Shown here piece by piece: positions 1-13,384 of a DNA stretch of 64,000 nucleotides. The notes below the pieces were generated by a model. It was not told the origin of the DNA. It did not search any database and worked only from the letters and a program-made list of their open reading frames with translations. The stretch comes from Eukaryota sp. TZLM1-RC (Eukaryota; Protista; Metamonada: BaSk clade), in NCBI GenBank assembly GCA_040285825.1, contig JAUPSS010000012.1:248001-312000 (forward strand), read 5' to 3'. Numbering within the stretch: position 1 is the first letter of the stretch; each line of letters opens with the position of its first letter. The translations under genes and the position numbers were made by a program.

Positions 1-174
1 AAAATAACTAAAAATGGAACATCGACTAAAGAAGGAATTTGCTTCACAAATTTAGAAATTGTTACGCTTTTTTAAAATTTAAAAGTGATCAAATCCATAG
101 AATGGGTAGACATTTACAACGAGCCAAACTAAAATTAATAAAATAAATTTCATTTATTTATTATATAAAAAAAG

Positions 175-1170
175 TAACAAAACATAACGAAACAAACTAA
201 AACACATAAGAAACAAAATTCTCCACGCCAACTCTTGATGAATCCTTATAAAGTTTGGACATCATTAAACTCAAGTACTTGGGAACACTTCTGTACAAGG
301 CGAAAATGATACGATTCTTCCATAAATTCCCTGCAAAATTCTTACCACTTGAACGGCATAAATTACCAAAATCATTGATAAAATTCAAGGCGGACTGTCC
401 AATGTTGCCAGAAATCGAAAAGGCAAAAGGAACAAACGAAAACTTCGAGTAAATATTCTTATTTAAATCATTTAATATCTCAGTATATTTATCTCTTTTA
501 CGATCTTCAGCCTTGTTTAAATGACCATTAGCACTAAGTAAAACATCATCACGATAAACAAAAGCAAAGGGATCAACTGTAGTAAAATCAACAACAACTT
601 GAGAGGAATCCACAAAAGGAGCAATTATATCACCTCGACGTGAATTAAACAGATTATTATCGCTATAATGCTTCAACAACGGTTCTACTTTGCAACTGAA
701 ATTGTAACACTTGAACATCTCATATGTGACATCACGAACCGCATTATGAAGAACCGACCGATATTGAAGAAATTTCTTACAACTACCAATATGACGGAAA
801 TTGGCAGTAGGTTTTTCATTACAAATACAAACAGAATTATTCAAAAGACCACTTGGATACAGCCCCAATCTCAACCGCATGTTGTGTTTCCAAGCTTCAT
901 TTGTTAAGTGAAGACCAAATGGCCTTGGTTGTTGAGATATTGAACTAGTGCAGCTCTGGATTTCTGATAAAAAGGCAGCAAAGACGAGATTATTAATCTT
1001 AGTCACACTAAGTCGTTTAGAAAAATCCAGGTCTTCAAAATCATTTAAAACAGACTTCTGTAATTTCACAACAGCAAGATGAAGATTGGTAAAAGATCTC
1101 GAAGGTACAGAAGGCAAACATGAAGGAAAACACTTATTCCACACATCAACATGTAGTTCCTGCACCATGT
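175..1170 (-). mobile_element. 5'-truncated CRE-like non-LTR retrotransposon (family D), RLE endonuclease C-terminal part
   Basis: ORF 197..1168 has a CxC..HxxxC knuckle (CICNE..HIGSC), HNAVRD, EP, RRGD..VVVD and K.RDKY motifs typical of RLE domains. Homologous copies lie at ~39.8, 40.8, 50.7 and 52.7 kb. Confidence 0.85.
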
Positions 1171-1528
1171 TAAAATTGTAAAATTAATCAAATATATTAT
1201 ATAATATTAAATCTACACTTCGTTAGTAATGGTTAAAGAAAACTAATACAATGCACGGATTCTTGCTTTAAAAGCAAAAAACACCATCAACAACTATCGC
1301 CACGTCATCACACGTAGCAAAAAAGACCATCAATGGTGATTCATTCACAAAGGCAAGTGTTCATTTTGCAGTATTCAAAAAGAGTTCATTATGGAGATCT
1401 GAAAATGGAAATTGGCTCAACCCAGGAAAAGTCACTTGCAGCTCTTTCTTCATTCACACAACCAAGATGAACAAAATTCAAAACAAAAATTCTAAAAATA
1501 ATTTACTTATAAACAAATGAATACACAA

Positions 1529-2437
1529 CTAAGCATAATGATCAGTAAGACCACTCCGAACTATCTTAAAAGCCAAATTATCAGAAATATACAGATTATT
1601 TTCCAGTGTTACCGTTAGGTTCAACTGGAACTGAATTCTAAAACCTTCGCCTTCAGTAGACGTACACACGAATAATTTTGGGAACAACAAAAATAAAGGA
1701 ATTTCAACTTTTTTGGGGGGATCATCATGAGCTATTTGAATGTTCATGATTTCAGTTGATTCTCTCATTCTATCCACCCCAGTACCAACAGTTTCCACTC
1801 TCAATAGCTGAGCTTCTATACTCTTGATTGAAGTGTCACAGCGATCAATGCGAAGAAATCCAGATAAAGGTTTGCAAATATCACAAACACCCTTGTCTAA
1901 CTGGCCAACAATAGAAAAGTCAGGTAGGGAATTAATAGCATCAGTGGAGCTTTTTTTGAGCGAATCACGACTTAAAGTAAAGGAGAGAGGTTTTTGGTCA
2001 ACTGGTACTTCTGGTGTGGGGTTGAAAACAAAGAATTCAACAGACTTCTCGAGAGATTTCGCGAAGAGTCCTCCTTGTATGTGGACAGTGGCTAAGTAGT
2101 TGACAGAGACATAAACACCTGAGTAGGATTCATAGAGAGTCTGTCCGTCAATGGGGTCGAGGGAAAATTGGAAGGGAAACTCAGTCTTGCCCTCGGGTAG
2201 TTTTTCTTGATATTGTAGAGGTATTTCTAGGTCAAGGATTTTCTTGGAGGATGATGAAGACAGGCTGTCCATGCTACCGTCTTTGGATGAATGTAAATTG
2301 AGAACTCCTTCTGCTTTGATAGTAATGCCCATGTGCTTGCGCTTGGACTCACAATCAATGATGACGGTACCATCCACAACATCGCCTGGACAAAAGGTAC
2401 CTGATTTATTATTGAAATTAATACTAATGGTAGGCAT
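1529..2437 (-). CDS. VPS26C: VPS26C/DSCR3 (retriever subunit, arrestin fold)
   Basis: LPEGKTEFPFQF, LYESYSGVYVSVNY, IKSIEAQLLRVET and ESTEIMNIQIAHDD match the DSCR3/VPS26C pattern; 302 aa. Confidence 0.9.
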   Translation of the reverse strand: MPTISINFNNKSGTFCPGDVVDGTVIIDCESKRKHMGITIKAEGVLNLHSSKDGSMDSLSSSSSKKILDLEIPLQYQEKLPEGKTEFPFQFSLDPIDGQTLYESYSGVYVSVNYLATVHIQGGLFAKSLEKSVEFFVFNPTPEVPVDQKPLSFTLSRDSLKKSSTDAINSLPDFSIVGQLDKGVCDICKPLSGFLRIDRCDTSIKSIEAQLLRVETVGTGVDRMRESTEIMNIQIAHDDPPKKVEIPLFLLFPKLFVCTSTEGEGFRIQFQLNLTVTLENNLYISDNLAFKIVRSGLTDHYA

Positions 2438-2630
2438 TCGTTAGATCTGACAAGGGTCAGTAACTGTAGCAACGGGAAAGCTTGAGGCTGAAGGAATACA
2501 AACTCCACTTTTGAAAAGACAATCTCAATACAAAAGACAATTTCAACGCCTTATGGTGGAACATTGTCATTGGATTACCATATTGGTGTAAAGGACACTT
2601 ATTTCCTTGTTATAGACGATATCTATAAGA

Positions 2631-3182
2631 ATGAGTCAACTGGACTATTCACGCTTCCATGTCATTACAGGAGATCTAAACATGTCATCGCAATGCGAAT
2701 CTCCATTTGACAGTATTATGAACAGAATCTCCCAGGTGTTTCCATCTCCACAACCTGAGGATGATGATATCTCGCTGGTTTCAGAACCTATTTTGTCGAT
2801 CGGATCGCCTAGGTCGTTTTTGTGCTCACCCAAGGCTTCAAGACCCAGCAAAGATCCAGCAAACGTTCCTATAACACGAGATGCCACCTCATGTTCGAAG
2901 GGATCTCAACCTCATCTTACTGGACCGTTTTCCAGCCCTCGTTCTAACCGTGCCGTTGAAAAAGACGCTGTCCGTCTTCGATGGCGAAAACGTCAAATTG
3001 ATTTTGGCAAAGCTACTTCAGGATATGCAAACTATGTCAACCTTGTTCCACGATCTCAGCGTGGTCCTAATCATCCAAAGACTCCTCCTCTTGATTTGAA
3101 GATCTCCAAAAAGAAATGGGGCTATCTGTGCAACCAATGGAGAAAGGCGCTTCATTTATATGATAATGTGTCTGAGCAGTAA
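2631..3182 (+). CDS. SLBP: Histone mRNA stem-loop binding protein
   Basis: C-terminal RKRQIDFGKATSGYANY..VPRSQR..HPKTP..SKKKW...QWRKALHLYD is the SLBP RNA-binding domain. Divergently transcribed from VPS26C. Confidence 0.9.
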   Translation: MSQLDYSRFHVITGDLNMSSQCESPFDSIMNRISQVFPSPQPEDDDISLVSEPILSIGSPRSFLCSPKASRPSKDPANVPITRDATSCSKGSQPHLTGPFSSPRSNRAVEKDAVRLRWRKRQIDFGKATSGYANYVNLVPRSQRGPNHPKTPPLDLKISKKKWGYLCNQWRKALHLYDNVSEQ

Positions 3183-3800
3183 CTTTTTATTAGAGTTTTT
3201 CAATTCTAATGTGTAAATGAAAATAAATCAATGAAATCATCATTGTTGTGTTTTACAATTGAACTTTATTGTTGATTATTTTTTCACGTAATATTTTTTT
3301 ACTCAATCGAAATTGTTAACAACAAAAATTTTGTTGATTATGTTAATGCTAACTTAACATTGTTTGAGATTTTTGTGAATGACTTTCCGGAGTTCCTTAA
3401 ATTCCTATAACTTTACAAGTTTCCTCATCATATGAACAACTACGAAAATCCAAAAATGAGTATTTTACAATACACTTATTTTTGCACCAAAATTGCATCG
3501 CATTTGCTGCTATTAATGTCGCAAAAACAAAAGCACTACTAAAATCACCGCCACCAATTTTACGACTGATGATCAAAAATGTTTTTCCTGAAGCTCATTT
3601 TCTCAACAAGCTGAAGAAAGAAATTGTGAAATCCATAGAATTATTGTCTGCAAGAGTCTGTTTACAATTGATTGCCACCCCATAACTCTATATAGAAATA
3701 AACTAATAATTTCAATAGACTGAACACAATTGTTGAGAAAAAATAATAATTTGATTTACAGACAACACTTTATGGAAGTAGCTTCACATATACAATGAAT

Positions 3801-5033
3801 TTACAATCGTCTTTTTAGAATCTTTCTACTCAGATATCCTCCACTTTTTCTCCTAATTCTTGTAGAAACAGTGGCTTTGAAATTATGGAACAATCCAAAT
3901 GCAAAACCAAACCTTTCCACTTTAGAAACATTCTGCTTTGATGGGACAAAAGACATGTCTCTTAGTTTAAGTGCCTTGTACACCATTGCATACTTTTGCT
4001 TAACATGAAAATCACTACTGTCAAGATCGACTGCCCTGGCAACAAGTTTCTGAACCCTCTTGCTAAAACCAAAACTATCCTCACCTTCTTCCGCTTCTTG
4101 GGTTGGCAGTATAGTGAGTTCCCACTGCACAAACGGAAGAACAAGTAACCATAGTATGTTAATGGAAACTGGTGACGTTAGATGGTCAGTATTGATCACA
4201 CTATGAAAGGCATTTTGGACCTTAATCCCAACTGGTTTGATGGGCACATTTAGAGAAAACATAAACTTGTTGAATGAAAGTAAACTCACTTTACCATCTT
4301 TGATTAATTGTACATCAGAGAAACACACTTGTAAGAGCCCCCTCGGGAAAGAGTGCTATCGGAGAAGTAGAATTGGAAGCCAGATGCTCGTGAACAGCAT
4401 CATGAAGAATGTGGCGACTACACTTGGGTTGTATATAGAGGGGATTGAAGTAACTCTGGGATTAACAACAAAATACAAGTAACACTCACAGTAACGAACT
4501 TGCGACTAAGCACAAACTTTGAGTAAAACTATGGTAAACTTTGAGGGAAAAAATGGTATATAGTACCTTTGGGACAATTAAGGATAGTTTCTGATCAAAA
4601 GCTAGTGCAAGAGCTAGAGCATCTGCTTCACAAACTGGAGTTAATTGGTGGGGCGACAAAACACACTGTGATTAGCAACAATAATCTTGAAAGGATCATC
4701 GTTTAGGAGCTCTTTGTTCTTGATGGACACCCTTACACCTAACACAAAACACCAAAAGCAAAAGAATTGATGTTCTAAACGAAGTAGTCGTGATAGATCA
4801 AACAATAAAACAGTCGATAAGAGAATGAACAACACCCGAAACAGACAAAGAGCTGCACCAAAAGGAAAGTAAAAGAGGAAAATCAAATGCTTGTAGCTTA
4901 ACGGACGTCTAAATCGAGTGTGATAAAACAGGCTTTCAGGAAACAAAGATATTTCAAAAGCATCAGTATGAGCACCAACATGTGGTTGTGTTGTGCTTCC
5001 TCTCCGTGAGAGTGAAGGTCTTCGGACAGTCAT
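3801..5033 (-). CDS. AUP1-like lysophospholipid acyltransferase-family protein, 5 exons (introns 4635-4666, 4529-4566, 4456-4489, 4298-4328)
   Basis: Splicing four GT-AG introns joins ORFs 4641..5066 and 3801..4328 into one frame. The product has an N-terminal membrane segment (FYFPFGAALCLFR), HxxxxD (NHICEAD) and LFPEGALTNGKVSLLSF. No CUE domain is evident. Confidence 0.8.
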
Positions 5034-5124
5034 TCGAAAGAGGTTAATTTCCAGAAGATTCAACAAGATTCAAAAGCAAAATTAATTCTTGATGACCCCA
5101 ATATTGACAGTACGCGCTACAACA

Positions 5125-5500
5125 GAGCTTCTATAGGTCTGACAAGAGGTGATCTGGTTGTTCCCGGCTTAAATGGTAGTTTTACTATTTTAGACGCCAT
5201 GTCCATTGACCCTTGTAATACTATTAACGAACATTTCATTAACTCGGATGTAAATAATCCTCTTCTTGCAGGTGAAAAACATAGAATTGCTAAATATGCG
5301 CAACCCATTTCCTCATTTCCTCGATTAATGAAAATTAATTTATGTCCCTTTGTTTTTTCTTTTCTTGGATCTTTAGGTAAGGTTGCTATGGCTTTCCTGG
5401 AGGATTTTGTTGTAGTTGTGAAGGAAAGAACTGGAAGAATTTTCAATCGTGTTTACTGGCAAAACAGGATTGTATTTTCTATTTTTAAGGGAATGTTAAA
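5125..5500 (+). mobile_element. CRE-like retrotransposon fragment (family A, RLE)
   Basis: RGDLVVPGLNGSFTILDAMSIDPC...WQNRIVFSIFKGML matches the C-terminus of ORF 35350..37851. Confidence 0.8.
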
Positions 5501-5604
5501 CTATTTTCTGATTCACTCTCTTCTTTTAGGAAATTTTCTGAATCTTTAGCAATTAATTGCTTTGAAGAAGGGGAGGCAGATTTTTTAGACCAGATTTTAG
5601 ACCA

Positions 5605-7708
5605 ATGTACCAACATCGCAAGTCTTCGCTTGCAGAGTCATTTCCACCATCTTTTGAGATTGATGCAGAAGAAAACCACGACTCTCTTTTAAGCGATGAT
5701 ATTGATAGCGATGAATCTATCAGCACAGCAAATGCGGCAATGACCCACCATGATAAATACCTCTCTGACCTCAAAGCGGTAGATGAAAGGGATGAAACAG
5801 AATCAACTCCCGGTATAGGACCTTACACTTCCTACCGACGTATTGTCATTCTCCCGGAGGATCAACCACTGACCCCTGAAGTGCAGGAGGCCTGTTCTCT
5901 CATCCATTCTCTCCTCCGCACCAGAGAACGCTATGTATACTCTGCCCCTTCATTCCCCCACACCTATCGCACCGACAAGCCTCCTGATATGGTGTTCTCT
6001 CTTATGCGAAACCTTCCTGAAGCTGTTGATGTCTCATTCTCCAGCACAAAGGGTATTTTCTCTGCTTCAATTACTTCTGAGGCATACACCTCCCCTCCCC
6101 TCCTTGAAGAGTATTTCTCTGATCTACACGCCTTGATGAGACTTGTTGGCTATGGTCCACTCAAAACCCTGGCCTACAGAAGACTTCAGTTCTTGGAAAC
6201 CAAATTCCACCTATACAGACTACTCAATGATGCTGATGAAAAAGCTGCTCAAAAAGAAGTTTGTTTGGTTTAAATACTCATTCTAGGTTCCGTATCGAGA
6301 CTTGTACAATGTTCGCAAGGTTGATAACCATATTCATGCATCAGCTGCTATGTCACACAGGTTCTTACTTCAATTTATGAAGGAAAAAATTGTTCACGAA
6401 CCTGATGAAATTGTGGCAGTGCATAATGGAAAAAAACTAACTCTAACAGAGGTGTTTGACGAGCTGAATATTTCGCCCACTGAGCTTTCTGTGGACGTGC
6501 TTGATGTACAAGCAGATCAGCATTTGTTCCATAGGTTTGATAGGTTCAACCAAAAGTACAATCCGTGTGGTCAGACAATGCTCAGGGAGATTTTCTTGAA
6601 GACTAACAACCACATAAATGGAAGGTACTTTGCTGAAATTCTTAAAAAGTACATCTTCTCACTTGAAGATCAAAAATACCAATCAGCAGAACTTCGACTT
6701 TCCATTTACGGAAAGGACCCAATGGAATGGGATCTGTTGGCCAGATGGTTCTTAGAATATGAAATGCAGTATAATCGAACTGTCAGATGGCTTATTCAAA
6801 TTCCTAGACTTTACTCCGTTTACAAGGAAGGCGGATTTATAGAAACCTTCTCTGACATGCTTTCCAACATTTTTCAACCCCTATTTGAGGTTACACAAAA
6901 CCCTAGCACACACCCTCATTTGCATTATTTCTTGCAATCGGTAGTTGGTTTTGATTCTGTTGATGATGAAAGCAAACCAGAAAGGAAGTTTTTTAGAAAG
7001 TTACCCCATCCTGATGATTGGGATTCAGCTGTTGATCCACCTTTTTCCTACTACATCTACTACATTTACGCTAATATTCACACTTTGAATTCCTTTAGGC
7101 ATTCCCGTGGTATGAATGTCTTTGCTTTTCGACCTCATGCTGGGGAAGCTGGTGATATAGAGCACTGTGCTGCTGCTTATATGTGTGCAAATAGTATTAA
7201 TCATGGAATCCAGTTGAGAAAAACACCAGTTTTGCAGTATTTGTTCTACCTCACTCAAATTGGAATGTCTGTTTCGCCATTGTCCAATAATTCACTGTTC
7301 TTGGATTATCACCGAAATCCCTTCCCAAACTTTTTCAAGACTGGGTTGAATGTTACCCTCTCTACTGATGACCCACTTCAATTCCATTTCACTCAAGAAC
7401 CTCTTACCGAAGAGTACTCCATTGCTGCACAGGTATGGAAGCTTTCAAGTGCCGATCTCTGTGAAATTGCTTGGAGATCTGTGCTAATTTCTGGTTTTGA
7501 TCATGAAACTAAGTCGGAGTGGCTGGGACCGAACTATTCCAAGCAACATGATGATGAAGATAGTATTCGCTTTACCAATGTTCCGAGAATTAGATCGGCA
7601 TTTAGGTCGGATTTATTGAAAAATGAGCAAGAGTTTATAGAAAAGGGGAGGAGGTTTGGTATTGATGGTAAAGATGACACACCGTTGGCTCCTACATCCA
7701 GGGTTTGA
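5605..7708 (+). CDS. AMPD: AMP deaminase, 2 exons (intron 6259-6286)
   Basis: YNVRKVDNHIH, FRPHAGEAG and LSTDDPLQFH motifs. A 28-nt GTTTGT..TAG intron joins the two ORFs in frame (QKE|VPYRDLYNVRK). Confidence 0.95.
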
Positions 7709-8756
7709 GATGGTGGTATTTGTAGATATTTTTTGTTTTCGGAATAAAACTATTTATGTGGTTTGTAATTCATGCAACAATTATATTAAATTTGTTGTGT
7801 TATCTACTTATTGTCTGAATGTAACATTTATGTTGTGTAAACATTTTTATCACTGCTGGTGTGTGTGAATTAGCATGCTTTACAGTTAGACAAGAAGAAA
7901 AAAATTACCATATTTTCTTGAATTTATAAACTTTTGTTTTTAAGAACAATGACAATTACATTTGAATAAACAACAATGTTCAATAAATAAACCTAACTTG
8001 ACACTCAACTGTGCGAAGAAATTGCCGAAAATGTGTATAGCGAAAATAATGGTAAAAGAATTTCCTAGAAAGTTAAGTACTTGCATTTTATATCTGCTCA
8101 CCACCAATTCTCATTATTGGATATATGGAAATCTTAATCAACAATAACTAAGAGTTTAATTAGTTTATCAAAATTGTATTAATTGGTGACATCCATGGAG
8201 ATGGAATTTGATGTTGATTGTTTGCCAATATTGTAAAAAAATTTATTATTTCCTAATTAAGATACATCTCAGGATTTATAGCACTCACCATGAACACATC
8301 CTTAACTTTCTATTAGAGTGTTTGACTAGCTTAATAGCCACTTTGTGAGTGTAACCAGCATCACCTTGCGAATTTTACTTTGAATTTTACTTTGCGAAAA
8401 CTGGGGGAAATATATTTACCAAAAGGATACAAAGCCTTCTGTTGCAGTTGATATAAAAGAAGCTGTGGATCTTTGTCACATTATATTGATTTCTGATTCG
8501 GTTATAATACGGATTCGGTTGTGTTTGTATGGCCCCAAAGATGACGACCAATAGCTTAGTTTAGACAGCGGGACGAGAAGATTATGAAGTTCCGAATAGA
8601 AGTGCTACCACAGATGTGTAAGAGATTAGAAGTGAAATGCAGCACATGCTTGAGATCGAGTATCCTGTTGAGTAACAGCTGATGGAGAGTATTGATGTTT
8701 GAAGGAATTTCAGTGGTCAGCCACCAAAATCCCTTTTTTGACTTCTTTCCCTTAAA

Positions 8757-9246
8757 ATGTCTTCTGAACAAGAACGTCAACAAAACCGCAACGAGAAGAA
8801 GTGCAGAAAGGCTCTGAGCAAGCTTAACTTACGACCCGTGTCAGAAATGTCACGTGTCGTCATGAAACACGGTAAGGACGTATGTTCGATCTTTCCTCTT
8901 ATCGAAGTACCTCCTTGTGTTTGAAAACTGTGACGTTTTCAAGTATCCCGACTCCGACACATATGTCATTTTTGGTGCCCCACAAGTCCAGGATCTCAAC
9001 GCTCAACGTAGATTACAGACCGCCGAGCAGTACAAAAAGCCAGAAGCTGCTCCAGAAGAAGAAGACAAAGAAAAGAAGCCAGTGGAAGAAACCGGCCCCG
9101 AAGAAGAAGTTGATGTGGGCGATCTCGACCCTGCTGATGTCCAAACAGTTATGGATCAAACCCAGAAGAGTAAGGCTGAGTGTGTTGCTGCCCTAAAAGA
9201 ACATAACGGAGATTTAGTTGATGCCATCATGGCTTTAAGTTCATAG
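8757..9246 (+). CDS. NACA: Nascent polypeptide-associated complex alpha subunit, 2 exons (intron 8880-8907)
   Basis: MSSEQERQQNRNEKKCRKALSKLNL..|..DVFKYPDSDTYVIFG and a C-terminal UBA-like domain (ALKEHNGDLVDAIMAL); the 28-nt intron restores the frame. Confidence 0.92.
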
Positions 9247-10121
9247 AGCATGGTATGACGTTTTGTCTTACCACATCATTAAAGTCTTAGTTATCTTTGT
9301 TGCTATCTCGACTATTTATGAAGTTGCTGTTTTACATCTGCACAACACCGATTCACCTATTAACACATCTGATATCCACATGACACTGTCCCTTTATAAG
9401 ATTTACCAATTTGTTCTATCATAGCTTTGTATAAAATGAAATGAGTACAATGGAACTTTCTATGATACAAACTAACACAGGGTTAGATCTCTTTACATAG
9501 TGATTTGAATTAAAAACAACTTTTGGTCAATTTTTTTTGTATAAATATTGTTTATAGTTTGCAGTATAATCAATGTCGCACATTTGTGCTTAAGTCAAGG
9601 ATAATACATTTTCGCTTGTATTCAATTACATACCTAGTACGCCCTATACCCTATACCTGCCTCGGGCCACGAGTTTGATTATCTTCTATAGAAAGAAAAT
9701 GCAAATAAAATCTATTTCTTCATTTTACAATGCCTTCAAAAATCTGTATTTTGGTATTTTTTAAAGCCTTTAACGGTTTTAATACGTATTTCGTAGCCAC
9801 TTATAAGACTTTTCCAAGTGGCTTTGCTAAGAAAGACAACAAGTCAAAAGAATCCCCTATCCTAAGAGACCCTACCCTGACACAAGGTAGCTTTTTACGC
9901 AACACCAAAACGCCGTCTCAGTCCGATCTTTACTGTTTTGGATGCTCATCCAGTTTTCTGAACAACAACACTTCTCGCTTAGTTGTCGCTGTAGTTGTTG
10001 GTGTTGTTCTACAACAAATCGAGTATTTTGGTGTGTGACGTATTGTTGAATTTTTTTACCTGCCTGTTAGAAGTGATAGGACTGTATCTGATTTTTTCTT
10101 TGTTGTTTTTTTAAACGAATA

Positions 10122-10185
10122 ATGCGTGTATTGAGGATATTGAGTTCTAGTTTTGTTTAATGTTTTTTAACGTTGGAAAATAAAT
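10122..10185 (+). mobile_element. 3'-terminal stub of CRE-like family C
   Basis: ATGCGTGTATTGAGGATATTGAGTTCTAG plus a short UTR with AATAAA; matches the 3' ends of the copies at 13421 and 40755. Confidence 0.75.
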
Positions 10186-10909
10186 TTTAGTTGTAAATTT
10201 TTTTTAAATTACACAAATTTTCAATACATCGTAAAAATTAGAAACAATATGAAAAACAAGGAAAAATGAAAAAAAATAAAGAAGGGAAGTCCATTTTTTC
10301 CCTCTGTCGACCATGCTGAAGAACCTCATCACCAACCGATCAATGCCAATTAACGGAGAGGTCTTGTCTTTGGTGAGCAATGGGGTCCAGTTCTTCCAAA
10401 AACAGTTGCTGATGATGTTGATGATTAACTTGTTCAAGAGCTTGTTGAAATCATTCATTTCAACTCAAAAACAGCTGTCCTTGCAGAAGAGTTTTACGAA
10501 TGGTTACACAAAGACACGATAATGTCAATAAGCTTTTTTAGTAATAAAACATTGAATCTGAGCAGAGGTTTAAATTTAGATTGAATTCAATTTTACGTGT
10601 TGATGGCTTTCAAACATAAGCAAAAATTGCTTTAAATGATACCGTAGTTGAAGATTATGGTAATAATTGGAGTGATGATTTTTCCAAAGCTTATTCAGAT
10701 AAAAGTTCAAAATATTCAATTTTAAGAAAAATAAATTGAAGTAACCAAATTGTTCCTTTGGTGTTGGTGGATGGTATCAAATAGATACTCCCCAATTTTT
10801 AAAAAAGGTAAATCCTATCAAAAACGATACTCTTACATTTACCCAATGGGTTGGTTGAGTTTCTGCCAGCATCCAATAATTTAAAATAACAATTATAGAT
10901 TAACTTTAA

Positions 10910-12374
10910 ATGTTCGCTCCTCCTACTCTTCGTTCCCGCTCTTCAACTCCCAGCAAAAGGAGATCTTCTACTCCAACTCGTCTTCATCAGGGAACTTCTT
11001 CTATACTCTCTGCTATAACTTCTACTCCCCGTTCAGCATCTCGTCCTTCTTCTGCATGCTCTCGCAGCTCATCTCGTAATGGTAAAATCATAGGCCGTGT
11101 TTCTACCAACACTGCTACAGAAATGGATGTTCTTGACATGTCCATCGATGACATTGAAGCAATTGAACAAGCAGAAAGAAAAGCAGCAGAGGGTCAACGT
11201 CGTGCTAAACTACGTTTAAAACTACGTCAAATGAAGCAACGTCAAGAAGATGAAGAAGCAGCAGAACTCGAACGTATACAAAAGGTTTATTTCACATTAT
11301 CTATATCTCATTTCAGGAGGAGTTTCGCCACCGTCGGGCTAAGAAAGTAGCATCTGTGTTGGTGACTGAAGGTATGTGTTTCTATTTTTAGTAACATCAG
11401 GACTTATTAATTCAACCCCTGATTTAGTGGTATCCCCAACAGATACTGAACAGAAAGTCCTCGCCGAATGGGATAAATTGCTTCATAAACGTGCCAGTTC
11501 CACTCCTCGATCCAGATCTCCACCACAAGAAGATGAACAAGTCCACATACCAAAGGTTATGAAGGATCCCATCCCTGCTGAAGCTAGAGGAACACCAAGG
11601 AAAATGCCATCCACAGTTGAAGAGAAGAAGCCTGTTATAGAAAGGAAACCGAGACCACCGTCAGTTGGCCGTCGTTCCACCACTGCTTCTCGTAATTCCC
11701 TTTCAAATCAACCACCAAGAACACCAACCCATCCACCTACCACTCCTCGACGTACGCCTTCTCGTCCTTCATCTGCCTCTCGATCTACTCTTTCTGAACG
11801 TTCCAAGATCACTGCGCCTTCGTCTACATCATCATCCAGACCTGTTTCAGCTACCAGAAAGCGACCAGTAGAAACAGTTTGTTTTTATCATTTTTTTAAT
11901 TTTCTCTCACCTCAGACAACCCCTGTTACACAAACCTCAACAAAACGCCCTTCTCGGCCTTCAAGTGCGACTACTAGACCTTTTGAGTCTGATACTCTCA
12001 AGTCTGTACTCAACAATGTTCCTCTTGAATTCACTGTTCCTCGTTCTCCCGTACAACTGTCTGATTTACAAAGCTCCATGGAGGATACCCCCGCTCGTTC
12101 CCATGACATTGATGATCCCGCAAAAAGGCTACGAGAATCTAAAAAGAAGTATGGTCGCTTATCAGTCAATTATGCCAAGAAAATGGAACAGAAAAAGAAG
12201 CAAAAGTCTCCACAAACTTCTGAATTATTAGATAATCTTAAGAGTAGCCGGCTACGTATTAATGATTATTTTAACAATACGCAATCCTCATACTCTCCTC
12301 TTACGGAAAGAATCAAGAATGTTGCAGAAAAGGAAGGTATTTTTGAACTTTCTGATAGTGATGGGGACTTGTAA
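10910..12374 (+). CDS. Uncharacterised S/T/P/R-rich protein with a coiled coil, 4 exons (introns 11285-11316, 11372-11400, 11877-11915)
   Basis: Two ORFs are joined by short GT-AG introns that keep the frame; the third intron is in frame (39 nt). RPSSA repeats. Confidence 0.7.
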
Positions 12375-12552
12375 TTTATTTTGTTTATGTTTGAATTTGC
12401 AGATTTTATTAATTCTATATTCTATAAAGATAGAAAAAATCAATTTATATTATTACAACATCATCAAGCTGTTGTTCTAATTCTAAATAAATACAACTTT
12501 CACAAAAACAATGTCTACACAGTGTAACATATACATGTTAATCACGATACCG

Positions 12553-12870
12553 CTATGATTCATCTTCATTCAGATCAAGTTCTTCCTCTTCATCATCAAC
12601 TGCGTTCTCAAGTGTATCGGTAACTTGGGGCAGGACCTTGAGTAGCTCTGTGTATTGATCCCATGTCAAAGAGATCCCTTTACTGCCTGCCTTTTCCTCA
12701 CCTGTTGTTCGATCTTTGTAGTATTCTCGTATGTCAACGAGCAAAGAGCCTCTGAAGGAACGGACTTTAACCTTTCTTTTTGATGAAATGTCCCATGATC
12801 CATACTCGCGATCATCAGAAGTTTTAGTCTTCTTAGTACTGGCAGAAGAAGTCGAACGTCGTGGAGGCAT
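12553..12870 (-). CDS. SUB1: Transcriptional coactivator PC4/Sub1
   Basis: KVKVRSFRGSLLVDIREYY..GEEKAGSKGISLTWDQY is the PC4 ssDNA-binding domain; ATG at 12870. Confidence 0.9.
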   Translation of the reverse strand: MPPRRSTSSASTKKTKTSDDREYGSWDISSKRKVKVRSFRGSLLVDIREYYKDRTTGEEKAGSKGISLTWDQYTELLKVLPQVTDTLENAVDDEEEELDLNEDES

Positions 12871-13384
12871 CAGATTGTCAGGCACTAATGTCTAAGAGTA
12901 AAACCTATTGAGACTACTGTAAGATGATTGTGATTTGCAACTCTGGTACTTAATTTCAAATTCGCAACACCCACCAGTTAACAACCACCTCATCTCACGC
13001 CTCCCCGTCAATGTCATACACCTTCGATTTTCTTCTATCCCATGACAATCTTCCTTCTGTACGTAATGCACTCAATTCCAAGGAAAACTCTCAAGCATCG
13101 GTTCTCACGTAACTCAGATATCACGCGAGCGCCTATTGTCGCCCCATAACAGTTGAGATATTGGTTTTTCCATCCTTGAGGTTTCAAACTGTACTATCTT
13201 TTTGTTTTGTTTTCTTTGTTTGCAGTTTCATTTATACTGCACATTGTGTTTGATCCATGATCCTCTACTATCTAGAGGTCCCAATAAAACATTCTGTTTC
13301 CACTTTTAATATATTTACATATTACATTATTCAAAAATATTTATTGTGTTGAATAGTCATTGTATCAACATTTTTTACTGCAAA

